Below, in pieces: positions 46,494 through 61,139 of a stretch of 64,000 nucleotides of DNA (within the stretch, counting starts at the first letter, position 1; each line of letters starts with the position of its first letter). The stretch comes from Schmidtea polychroa (lineage: Eukaryota). Under the pieces are notes generated by a model. That model did not search any database, was not told where the DNA came from, and saw only the letters and a list, made by a program, of their open reading frames with translations. The position numbers and the translations under genes are program-made. Location of the stretch: NCBI GenBank assembly GCA_044892525.1, contig CM097885.1, positions 21,516,001 through 21,580,000 on the forward strand, read 5' to 3'.

Positions 46494-46702
46494 CTCGTCG
46501 TCAAAATTTTGTTTTTGCAAATTAACATTCAGTTGCGATTTTATTAAACTTTGATTTTAGTGATAATTATTTCAGTCCTTTTAATAAATCATCTTGTGTA
46601 TTGCGTGCTTAACATCCGAAACTATGTTTATTTATAATATTGATTTTATTTTATAATTGAATGAATAGTATGCTGCAAGAATATAATCGTTGAATTTATC
46701 TA

Positions 46703-47173
46703 GTGTTCAGACTATTGGAAAATCTGCGAAGAGATAGGGCAGAAGCTCAAAAACAGTCCGAGGAGCTCCGCATACGAGTAGACAAGCTCAAGGGACGGTG
46801 CCGGGAACTAGAAAGCACCTGGTTTAGTCCCGAGGATATGAAAAAGAAGGTGGCGCAGGTCCTTCAACTGCAGTCTCAAGCCGCGCAGGATCAGATGGAG
46901 ATCCGGGCACTGAAGCTCCAGCTCCGCGCGCTAGAAACCGAGCGAAATGAACAAGTAGTTCACGGAGCCGCCATAAGCCAAATCCGGCCGTTGACCGTGG
47001 AACTAGCAGCAATATACCCCCCGGCCGCGAAAGAGAAACCCAAAAGAAAGCGGTTAGGCCGAAATATTCGGGAAAAATTGAAGAAAGCTAGACTGGCCGA
47101 ATACGAGCGACAAGCAAATTCGTCACTAGCAGCTGCGACGGAATTGGCCAGTCCTACCAATAAGCCTGTTTGA
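46703..47173 (+). CDS. 3' LTR copy of the coiled-coil ORF
   Basis: Translation identical to 16397-16867. Confidence 0.6.
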   Translation: MFRLLENLRRDRAEAQKQSEELRIRVDKLKGRCRELESTWFSPEDMKKKVAQVLQLQSQAAQDQMEIRALKLQLRALETERNEQVVHGAAISQIRPLTVELAAIYPPAAKEKPKRKRLGRNIREKLKKARLAEYERQANSSLAAATELASPTNKPV

Positions 47174-48167
47174 ACTTATATTCGGTTTTAGGCGTTTGTA
47201 GTATTTTTATGTATTGTGGTAGTCTTCAAATAATATGTTCCTTGTTAACATACTGCACGTTTTGTAGGGATAAAATAATGACTAGTACAGTTTATGATTG
47301 TCTGGGAAATGAGAGTTTGTGCATAAGATTGGGAAAACAATTTTGATAAAGGGACCTGAGAAATCGGACACACACCTCCTATCGGTAGTCCGTGAACCCA
47401 CGGAGTACTCGACAACTATAGTGCTTTGATGCGCTCACTTTTTGCGAGTACTCAACCCTTGGTACAGTACCAACGTTGATCACTCAACGGGTACCAAGCG
47501 GAAAAACAATGTTGTATTTTGGGTTACGCTGGTAACAGCACTCAATCATTCAACCACCAGTAACCCACCAATAGTCATTGCACAATTTCAAAATCTTTAC
47601 TCAATTTAAAGCATTAGCAATTCAAATTTCTACCAATCAAACTGTATATTAAACAATTGCACATCTGGTCGCTGAAACGAATTTTTTACCATTTTTATTT
47701 CGATATAAATTTTCAATAGGACCAACGTAAAGCTAGAAGGCAGGCGAATGCAGATAGACAAAGGCCAAGGAGACAAAACGTGAAACAAACGGCAAGCTCA
47801 AAGGAAAACTGAAACTGTGGATGAGTATTATGCCAGATTGGAAGCTTAACAGAGAAGAAACACGAAACTCAAACTGAATAGCCGATGGATTAAAATCTTC
47901 AATTAAGTGCTGCCCAAAATTTTCACTTTCATTTCATACGTAACTATATTCAATTTCTTTGCTAAATATAATATTCTAAAATATTTTATAAATATTTTTA
48001 AGTATATTTTATTAGATTAATCAAGCAATTTTAAAATATACTTATTTGATTAAAACTTTCAAGAAATTTTAATAAAAATATGAAAGATAATTTGTTTAAA
48101 TAATACAAGAATACTAAAAATCTTTCATATATTTTTAAAATAATTTTAATTTCAAAAATTTTAATTC

Positions 48168-50856
48168 ATGGGCACATCGTTGTGCAAATCTTGCATTCCT
48201 AAAAGAAAGAAACAAAAAGATAATGTTTTTATATTAATGTTTTCTTCGTAATTTAGCTTTATTTAGAAAAATCCTTTGTATAAAAATCAGACAAAGCACG
48301 AAAAAGTAAACAATTACTTATTTAATTAATACTTATATATTTAACATAGCCTTTCACCAGCCAATATTTATTAAATGAAAATTTGTCATCATCCGAAATT
48401 AATTTGCTCAATCAATTACGAGAGGGGAAAGAAAAATTCCAAAGACCTAAAGGCATTGAATTTAGAGGATTAATTAACTGTAAACCTGTAATTAGAATTG
48501 CATCTTGGAATGTTAATAATTTAACAACTGAAAAAGTTATGAATCCAGGAGTGTTGACAGTGATTTGTTTAACCATTTTAGAAAATAATTTATCCATCAT
48601 TGCTTTACAAGAAGTTATTAGCAAAAAAGCAATTGAAATTGTAAGGATTTATTTTAATCATAAAATTTTATTAAAGTAGTATCATATATGGACAAAACTA
48701 CTTGAATAATATAATACTTTATGAGAAATAGGAAGGTGGGAAGAATTTAATGAATTTTTAATATAAAATCACATATTTATCAACTACAATAAAAAAACGC
48801 GATTTTTCCCTTTTGTGCTCATGTAAGATGGCATTTACCCCAGTATAGAAATGCATTAATATTGGTTTACAAAGTGATATTTTATATTCTTATTTAGTAT
48901 TTAATATAATAATGCAGCCTAATATTCAACTTCATGCTTTTTTGGATCTATTTAATAATCATATTTAGTACACGAATCAATCACTCGAGAACCCTCTTCC
49001 TTCCTCTTCCCTCCTCTTCCTTCCTCTTCCTTCCTCTTCCTTCCTCTTCCTTCCTCTTCCTTCCTCTTCCTTCCTCCTCCTTCCTCTTCCCTCCTCTTCC
49101 CTCCTCTTCCTTCCTCTTCCCTCCTCTTCCTTCCTCTTCCTTCCTCTTCCCTCCTCTTCCTTCCTCTTCCTTCCTCTTCCCTCCTCTTCCTTCCTCTTCC
49201 TTCCTCTTCCTTCCTCTTCCCTCCTCTTCCTTCCTCTTCCCTCCTCTTCCTTCCTCTTCCTTCCTCTTCCTTCCTCTTCCCTCCTCTTCCTTCCTCTTCC
49301 TTCCTCTTCCCTCCTCTTCCTTCCTCTTCCCTCCTCTTCCCTCCTCTTCCTTCCTCTTCCTTCCTCTTCCTTCCTCTTCCTTCCTCTTCCTTCCTCTTCC
49401 TTCCTCTTCCTTCCTCTTCCTTCCTCTTCCCTCCTGCAAAACGATGCGTTTATATTTATTTACGTTTTTTTCATATTCAATTGTAAAATTTATGCCAGTT
49501 CAATATGGATATTTTAAAACAATTAACATTTTGACATACCATTTTATACCAGTTTATCTTAACATTACAATTTGCACGATATGGGATATTGCTTAGCTAT
49601 TATGTCATTTATATCCTCACTGCTCGAATGCGATCCTTTACTAATTCTGACCTTTTGTTACCAATTGCAACATGAATACTACATTGAATGAATTGAAACA
49701 GATTTGTAATTTCAACTTATCATATATTTGATGTAGAAAAACCATAATGTTCTCATTGCACAACTCCTTGACGCTGCTAACATTTCCACAACATAAATAC
49801 TCATGAAATGATAACATATCATACCTACCCTTGCTCCATAAATAAATATTACAATATTAGAATTAATCAATAAATTATATATTTTATATTGAAATTGCGA
49901 TAGATTTGCAACGAGTTGAATAATCCAACATTGACAAAGATCAAACTACACCAGAATTCACGGTCATGGGCCTATGCTATATCCGATGAATCAGTGGGCA
50001 AGAGTTATCAGGGATATGAATATGGCACCTTAATCTATGATAAGTCAAAGAAAATAAAAATCCTTGGCACGAATCAGCTGAATACTGAACAGAAATCCTT
50101 TGTCAGAAATCCATTTTTGGTCAATGTAAATGTTAGTGATAGATTTTCTTTTTATTAAATGAGGCATTTGATATTGGACTTCTCTTCTCGTCCAGATCCA
50201 TAAAACCTTTTATCTGTTTGCGATATTTCACATCAAAGCAATCACAGATTCCGATAAAAAGAAAAACGATAGCAGAACGAGTGAAGAAATGGCTGATTTG
50301 TCAACGCTAGCTGACGCTATAAACCAAACAGTAAAAGGTGGCCATAATTAATTTTTGTACTTAATTTTTAATTTATTTAAATGTATTCAATTCTTTAATA
50401 AACATTATAATAAAATAACATATAAATAAAATAAAATAATAATAAACAGTATAATAAAATAACTATTATGTAAAATTAATAAATTATATTAATAATTTCA
50501 GCCAATCACAAAGTGATAATTTTAGGAGATTTCAATTTAAATCCAACCAATGAATGTGAGCTAATTAGTTTTGGACTAGGTATTGATTCATTTGTGAAGG
50601 TTTCAAAGGACTGAAAGAGCAGAATTACATGTATTGTATTGATTCCAACCTGTCGACTAATACAAGCAAGAAAGCCGGTAAATCATATGACAATATCTGG
50701 ATCAACCAATCATGTGAGCAGTATTACACGGGATCATCTGGCATCATCAGTGAAGGCCTTTATCATAGGCATATACCCAAAAATGGCATGATGGGCTGGG
50801 GCGGATGTGCCAGTGATCACCGACCTGTTTGGGCCGATTTTTTCACACAATCATAA
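48168..50856 (+). CDS. EEPD1: Multi-exon host gene: EEPD1-like endonuclease/exonuclease/phosphatase protein
   Basis: N-terminus MGTSLCKSCIP; RIASWN...EKVMNPGV..VICLTILEN....IALQE; ICNELNNPTL; IILGDFN; YDNIW; WGGCASDHRPVWADF; GT-AG introns. Confidence 0.85.
48992..49435. repeat. Pure polypyrimidine minisatellite (TTCCTCTTCC / CTCCTCTTCC)n in an intron
   Basis: About 44 ten-base units with no purines on the plus strand. Confidence 0.95.
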
Positions 50857-52791
50857 AGATTTTTGTCGATTATCTATTTATATCAAAACTGCATGGAGGA
50901 ATATTTTTATACGTAATAAAATTTTGGTGTTGTATTGTTTATTTTTGTGAACTTTCATTCAGTGGTAACAATTGAAACATGAAAAAGTCACATTGAAATT
51001 CATAATTTTACATAAATTATTTGCTCCGTGTGTTGGAGTTTGATAAAAACAAAAACCAGTTGAAAACCAATAAAAACATCGAAATTCAAAAATCAATATT
51101 TTTCCGGGTACCGAAAATCTGGATTGTCAAAATTTTTTTTTCATTAGAGTCTTTGAGGAAATTGAGAATTAAAGGAAAACCCGAGATGAAAGGGAACCCG
51201 ACTTCAATTAAAAGTTAATTAAATTACCCTAAAAAAAGTTCCGAGACCCCAATATTGACAACAAATTAGTAAACCAAATTAACAAATTCAACTATCATTT
51301 AATTAACTTAAAAAGAAAAGAAAACTTAATTACGAGAGCAATATAAAAAGAGGAGACAAGCTCACGAACGTAGCTAGGGACATGTGCCCCCGAAAAATTA
51401 TAGATGAAATATTTAAAAAAAAATTTATTTTGGTTTTGTTCTGAGAATTGTATGAGAATAAAAAGAACTAAAGAAAATGGAAGAAGAACTTCAAAATTTT
51501 AATAACCTAATTGATTTTTATCAAAAAGATATTGATTGTAACAAAAAAGCTCTTGAATGAGTTTAAGCTGTGGTAGAAAAAAATTTGTTCTATATTCACA
51601 AAGACGTCCCTGTAAAAGTTAATGAAATTACAGTTGGCCGAAGACAATTTAAAGAAATTAAGAGCTAACTCAGATGTAGTATTAAATTTTAGTGCCAGAA
51701 ATAAAATTTTTAAAATTCTTTTTGGGATAAATCAAATACTTCTACACGAAAAGGAAGTACATAGACAGATCTAGGGATTTTCATTCACAGACAATGCTGT
51801 AATTTAAATGTCGATTGAATTGTATTTAACTGACTAAATATTTTTTGTCGTAAACTAAATGTTTATAATTCCATTCCCTAAAACTGAACCCTAAGCGGGT
51901 TGAAGTGGGTTGCAGGTAATCAACATTTTACCCCTTTATGGTTTATCCAGTGCAACTCAGGATACAATTAATTATTGAGTGTTCAAAGTTAGTAATGTAT
52001 TACGTCTATTAACATTATTATACAAATATTTACAAACGAAATAAAAATAATAAAAAAGATAAGAACAAAATAAAATGAACAAATGACAGCTGAAGACCTA
52101 TTAGATTGATCAGGCTAAAGTTCTGCAAAATCATCATTACCGGAGATTCAGCAGCAGTTTAGAATTCGGTTAAATTCATTCCGGACTACGCACTCACCCG
52201 TGTTACTCAGATACCACCACATCCGTTTCCATGCACTGCATGAGGTACTACCTCAATATTTCGACCGAGATGTGGAAATATTCGCCATTTGTACTTGGTA
52301 TGGTGCCCTATAAAATTTCACGCTTGACTCGCGTCAGATTACCGATTGTTAAGTGCACTCCATGCACTACTTGTGGCGAGGTTTGCCATGCGGTATTTAG
52401 GGTAGGCTCCAGTTTCAGCAATACCACTGAAAATCCGCTGTGAGTGCATTATATATTGGAGGCCGGTTTGTTAGACACGGTGCTTCTATTCGAAACTCCT
52501 GGTTCCACGATTCAATCCAAAATTTTCTCCATGATTATCGTCCCACTCCGATTTGCTGAGTTACTCACAATGAAGACTCATCACCTGAAATCATAAATAC
52601 ACATAACGCTTCACTACTTCACCATCTCATCATTCAAGACTCATTTCTCACCACGTCATCATAAACAATTTGCGATACTAGTTCCCGCTATTATCGTCAG
52701 TATTTATTTCTAAATTATAAGCGGAGTTATCCCCATGATTAGTGCACTTCGTGTAAATAAAATACTAAAATATTTTTTAATCATTTAACCC

Positions 52792-53850
52792 TGTTGAGGT
52801 CTGTAAATTAAAATAAATTGAAATGAAATTTAGGTTAATAATTTAAATAAAAAGTAAGTGAAGAATAAAGACAAATAAAAGCGGGATCATGCACAGAATC
52901 GATAGTAAAGGAAAGTGTGATGGAAGCAGTATTAGAAAATGCCAGAAGCATTTACGAAAGGCAAGAATCCGGAAATCCGAGAAAAATCAATAAATTGTAA
53001 AATCATCGAAATCGAATTGGGAAAACAGGACAGGTATAGATTAGCTAATGGTCAACAAGATGATGATTAGGGATTTCTCAGGAAATGGTTAGGAAGGGTC
53101 GAAAAGCATTCAAATGTGTAAAAACAGTAAACGTTAATTAATTAATTAATTGGCTAATAGAAAACCCGAGCTAATGGGAAACTCGAGCCAATGGAGGACC
53201 CGAGAGAAGGAAACCCGAGCTGGGAAAACAAGAAGAAAAGTAAACAGAAGGAAGATTTGGGCCCATTAGCTTGACACAATGATTAATTGGAAAAGAGCAA
53301 GGAGAAGATAGTGCGTGTAGAAAGGCCGGACGGGCCATTAATTATCTTGGTTCGTTGGAACATTATGGGTGACAGCCGAAGCAGATACGTGGAAGCAAAT
53401 GTCAAGTGAAAGATTGGCTCGGCAATAACCATTTGTCATCCCGATTTCGAGAAGTATATAAGAAAGGGGAAAATCAGAGAAAATCGGCATTTTGCCTCAG
53501 CTAGAGTTAGAAGAAACCGAGTTAGGAATAGGTAAAAACGAATTAAGGATATTAGGGAAAAGAAGATATAGAATAGGAATACGGAAAGGTGAAAAAGAAT
53601 CAAATCAAACAGAAAAAGAGGAAAAAGTGGGTCAAGAGAATCTAAAGAAATAAAAAGTGAATATTATCTATTTACAAAGCATCAACGCCGTGCTGAGAAT
53701 CGGTCAAACGTAACTTTGATTATTGATTGTAAAGTGGTGAGAAAAGATTATGAATTTTGCTATTTCAATATACGTTGGGTCGCTATTGTTTTGATTTAAA
53801 GGACACGAGGAGTCAGAGGTAACCGACTTAAATTAACCAAAAACCCAACA
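52792..53850 (+). mobile_element. Solo LTR (1,059 bp) of a different family
   Basis: TGTTG...CAACA termini flanked by ACCC at 52788-52791 and 53851-53854; internal TATA-like gtatataa (~53455) and aataaa (~53650). Confidence 0.85.
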
Positions 53851-54885
53851 ACCCTGTTACTGTTACAATGTTTGTATCACTTTGCGATTTCTCACTATTC
53901 ATTTCCGTCATTTTCTATTTAGTAACTCGAATTTCTCACTAATCCCGTCTATATAACACAATATACTCATCTAGCATATCAATCTTTAGCGTTCAATCTC
54001 AGTCAAGGTCGGTGATTTAATATCTAATCTGCCAGTATTTATGGGATTATCGTAGAATGTACAAGAGGAGTCAAACAGTAATTAAGTTAATTTCCATGGT
54101 TTTACTTTCATCGAAGGTTTGTGGAACTTGCAAAAGGGTGACAGTTGTATTTATGCTAAAAGCTGTATTTTGTTTGACTTTATCAGTTTAATCAATAAAA
54201 GTTTATATTGTCTGGAGTTCGTTATTATTGTTAAACTAAGCACATTTTGGAGTCAGATCAATATTTGCTAATTTCATCGACGACACCAACACCTATATAC
54301 TGATTTATGTTTCAGCTTAATCAATCAGGTGAGAGTACTTCCCCTTACTTAAGTTTATTTTAACATAATCTTTTCTGTTAAAATTTTGTTAAATTTCATT
54401 GGCTAATTTTATTTTCATTTCTTACTCTTTATTATTTTTAGTCTATTTTCTCCTTTTTTCCCTGATTTATTTTACCTTCGCTTTTTATCTAACCGAGAGC
54501 TTTTAGGCCGCCATCTTTATTTTTCCGACTGACCTGTCTTTTTTTGCAATTCCATTGTTTTGCTTTAATCAATATGTATCGTGTGCGCGTGTTTGTTTTC
54601 TTTATTTTAATAGTTATGTATTTAAATTTTTATTAATTTATTTTTGTTGATTAATTGTTTTTTAATTGGTATTTTCTCATTTTGAATGACGGTTTACGGT
54701 TTCTGTGTTTCATAACTCAGGTTACGAGGTACTTTCCTCCGATCTCGCTGTATTTACTCAATTTATTTCTATTAGTTTGTCTGGTTGGTTTGTATTGTGA
54801 TGTTCTAATGTTATTACTAGTAATAGTGTAATTATATATAGCAATAATGTGTTGATATATGCGTGTTATAAGATATAGAGAGGGG

Positions 54886-55860
<975 letters not shown>

Positions 55861-58013
55861 GCACTCCAGCACCGGTAAAGAAATGCTTTGTAACCCAACG
55901 CTTAGGTTAATTTCTTATTCACTTTCGGCTTAGTTCACAAACACGATTACTTTATCCGCTTCTTCCTGGAGATTTTCACTTTGATCAAACAACTACACTT
56001 ACTACACTATTAATGTTTGTAATTTTTCTTTTAGTTAAATGATAATAGAGTTTGTAAATAATGAAACAGGCTCAAAATGTCAAAAACTAGTATATATTTG
56101 GATTGACTGATTGTGTGCGGTACAGGATGAACTCGCGTGAAAATAACCGTATCCCGCACACGGTTCCCTAGTCGGCCCACACGCATCCCTTAAGGGCCTT
56201 AAGGCGCTGGCGCCAGACCAGTGATAACAAGCACTTGACTCTTGACAAACAAAAGATTGCCATATGTGCTTACCATTACTGCAAGATGCGTTTGTGCCGT
56301 GTAGACTTTTCCGCAACGGGGGTTCCGAAAGCAATCTTGGCAACGGACACTCTCCAGATGCACCCCATACTTACGCACTAAAAAAGGAGGAACATAGTTC
56401 CTACAAATTGAAATCATGATCTTTTCATAAAAAAATCAAGTGATATAAATCATGATAGATTTTTTCTCCGGAGCCCCTAGAACGCAGGGGCCCGGGTATT
56501 TTCCCCATCAACCCCCCCCCCCCCCCCCCTCATGTCGGCATTCGGAATATTTCTTAAATTGTTTTAAGTTTATATATTTATTAATTATAGTTTTTTATAT
56601 TGTTGTTGGAATCATGGGAGGGTTAAACACCCAGTAACCCCCTGCGTACGCCACTGAGCACCAAGCCTAGTCTCCTTTAAAAATGATGTTTCGGGACAGT
56701 TTAGGTTTTTGTATGTCTGATATTATATAAATGTAGCAATTAAAATAGATATTGAAGAAAAAATTATATATAAGCTAGATTGACTTCAAACATTTTATTA
56801 ACATTAAGGGGATTCCTGAACGTTCTTTACAAAATTTATCAATTTTCTATTATTTCCCTCTTTTGATACTCCAATTTATTTTCTCGTTAATTTTGGTTTT
56901 TTATTTTCTCTTTAGCTTCTGAGTATTTTGGATATTCTGGATTTCTGTTTTATTTCTATGTACCTTGGAATTCTTGATTTTCTATTTATTACTTTGAGTT
57001 GCTTGGTTAATTTTTAGTTTAATTAAAATTTTCTTTTTTATTGATTATAATTTCCAACGATTGATCTAATTTTCAAATTTACTTCTTGCAATTTAATATT
57101 CATTTAATTTAATATTCAAAAGAAATAAAAATTAAAAATATCAATTTGTTTTAATTACTCTGTTTTTTCGAATCCTAAACTCATTATTTATTTCTTGTAT
57201 AATCGAATGTAATGTTCCAGTTCTTTATATTATCAAACATCATTCATTTATTTTTACACTTTTGCTTCACCTATTGCTTTTAGAATCATTGTTAAACATA
57301 ATTTTATTTTAACCTCTTCTAATTCTTTATTGAAGTCACCACTAGCATTCACAACAATCTACCGATCAAAATCATCACAAATTACTTTTTATTTATTAAA
57401 TACAATATTTGCATAGAAATGAACTCTCATCTTTTATGGAACACTTTGTGAACAAGTGACTCAATATTTTATTTGCTCGCCCTACACCGCTCACCAAACG
57501 TCAGTGAGACGAGTTCTAGTGAACTGTATCAAGATTCAATGCTTCACGACCAATCCAAAAGCTTGTAGCGATTTGCGTATCTTGCACTATATAAGTCATC
57601 CTGCCCTTTGTGCTCCATAGCGCCCAACTTACGAAGAAACCCCGACAATAGACTAATTCGATGCGTTACGGCATTCCATTCTCTAAATAACCTTTATCCA
57701 CTGCGGCACGGAAGTTTAAAGAGTTTTACTACATATAACAACCCGATAATCCGATTATTTTTAATTTATTTTACTAGCTAGCTTTCTATCCTGTGCTGGC
57801 TGTGGGTCAACAAATCATGCATGTGAATTTTAAACAATTATGAAAATTATAGAAAATAAATCATAAAACATTACCATAAAAAATTTAATACTATCTTACG
57901 ACATTACAAAGATTACACATAAATGAAGTACTTATTGTGACAAATTGGCAAATAATTTTAGTCAAATTTTGGCATAAAATCATTAAACTCTACCCAAAAT
58001 GCGTTTATATATA

Positions 58014-58357
58014 CACTAAAACTTCGATTTGCGTCGTTAATTGGACACCAAGTAAGACGTCGCAAATCAAAATTAATTTTTCCATGTAAAACTGTATTTT
58101 GTTAATTAGTATTAAAACAAAAGATCCCTTGGATTAAAAACTATTTTTATTTTAATCATTATGTATATATATATAATACATAAACCAACATTAAATATAA
58201 TACATAAATTCATTAAAATATTAAAAAAAATATAAAACATAAATTCATTAAATAACAAATAAGCAACGCAAATCGAAATTTTAACAACGTAACTCTGAAA
58301 TAACAGAATTCCAAAAACAACTCAACTTCGAAAACGACGCAAATCGAAGTTTTAGTG
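58014..58357. mobile_element. Tc1/mariner-type MITE (344 bp)
   Basis: Perfect 25-bp TIR cactaaaacttcgatttgcgtcgtt with TA on both flanks. Confidence 0.9.
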
Positions 58358-58734
58358 TATTTATGTGTGGTAATTGGTGTATCTATGTTAATATATTAAA
58401 ACAAATTCAAATTCTTTTTAATCAATTTCTTTTTGTGATCAATTTTTTTCCTTTTTAATTGCGATTTTTGATTATTTAATATTTAATTTATTTCTAAAAT
58501 TTGATAATTTATTTAATTTTTATTATTTGTGACTCCGAGAGGGAGTTAGAATTTTTCTACGAATTTTATCTTATTTTAAAATTATTTTTGCTTAAATTTT
58601 ATTTCTTTTTCTGTCAGTTAGATATCTGAATTTGTTTTAATAATTTAGTTTACATAGTTTAAAAAAAAAATTAAAAACTTGTTATATAATAAATTTATGT
58701 CAGATTTGAAATTGGATTTAAAGTTGGATTGAAC

Positions 58735-59020
58735 TGGCGACCACGCCGAAAATCAGAAGATCAACGCCATTTCGAAATAGGCAAAATCACTAATGGAATT
58801 CCTACCGAAATCATGCCAAGACATGCTCACACTGAACATCAGTCGATATGATGGACGAGGTCTAAAAGAAGCCGAAGAATGGATCATGGATATAGAAGAA
58901 TGACTGCTGACAGACGGACAGCGATTGACAAGCACTTTCGATGTGTTATTAGTGACAGAAGAAAATGCATTGTGGGGAAACGTCAGAGAAACAGAAACAA
59001 CAGAAGTAGAGAGAAGTGTG
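58735..59020 (+). pseudogene. PBS-like TGGCGACC followed by a decayed gag N-terminal fragment
   Basis: RYDGRGLKEAEEWIMDIEE* resembles the gag (F/Y)DG....W motif; contains an in-frame stop. Confidence 0.45.
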
Positions 59021-59409
59021 CTCCATGACTCATCGTTTTTTGTCATTTTTTTGCACTACCCCCCCCGATGACTCAGCGCAAAACAAAGACATATGACTCA
59101 TCGGTGACTCATCCATAGCAACAGCGGTAACTGGGTCAAGGTTATATGACTCACCCATAGCAACTGGGTCAAGGTCACATGACTCATCCATAGCAACCGC
59201 GGTAACTAGGTCAAGGTCATTCTATTTTTAGTAACTAGGTCAAGGTCATTCTATTTTTAGTAACAGGGTCACGTGACGTCATCGATGACTCATCAAGGTC
59301 ATTCTATTTTTAGTAACAAGGTCATATGACTCATCATTTTTGGAACAAAGCCAACTGACTCATTATTAAAGTATGTATGACTCATCATTTTTTAAACAAA
59401 GACATATTT

Positions 59410-59590
59410 AATATTTAAATAAATACATTTAAACAAATATTTAAATAAATACATTTAAACAAATATTTAAATAAATACATTTAAACAAAAATTTAAATAA
59501 ATACATTTAAACAAATATTTAAATAAATACATTTAAACAAATATTTAAACAAAGACATTTAATCAAATATTTAAATACATTTAAACAAAG
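59410..59590. repeat. 26-bp tandem repeat
   Basis: (atttaaataaatacatttaaacaaat)n. Confidence 0.85.
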
Positions 59591-59777
59591 ACATATAGAC
59601 AAAGACTCATCGATGACTCATAGTTTAGATAGGGGGTTTCTTTTTTTTGCATACTCCCCCCCCCCCTTGTATGACTCATCGATGACTTTTTTGAACAAAG
59701 ACCAATCATTTATTTTTAAGACAAAGACTATCACACACGATTAGAACGATGACTCAGGACTCCACTAGAACAAAGAT

Positions 59778-61012
<1,235 letters not shown>

Positions 61013-61139
61013 TCATGTCTTTGTTAATCATGCACGTTTATTGCAAAGTCTTTGTTAATTATGTAAGTGTATTGCAAATTTATTAGTCATACCCATGCTA
61101 GGATTACACACCTTAAGGGTAGAAAAATATTTCTGAGTG

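Larger units (their letters stand above)
12510..47570 (+). mobile_element. Intact giant Ty3/Gypsy LTR retroelement (35,061 bp) with envelope-like and accessory genes; Burro-like
   Basis: Direct repeats offset by 30,306 bp with TG...CA ends; ATAG TSD at 12506-12509 and 47571-47574; PBS present; PR-RT-RH-IN domain order. Confidence 0.97.
42816..47570 (+). repeat. 3' LTR (4,755 bp)
   Basis: Copy of 12510-17264; one substitution noticed (A17115 vs G47421). Confidence 0.97.

Noticed and set aside
42816..47570. 4.7-kb duplication as an assembly artefact or segmental duplication
   Set aside because: TG..CA ends, ATAG TSD, an adjacent PBS and one sequence difference identify true LTRs.
48934..49596. 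ORFs of 220 aa and 152 aa over the pyrimidine tract
   Set aside because: Translations of a 10-bp minisatellite inside an intron.
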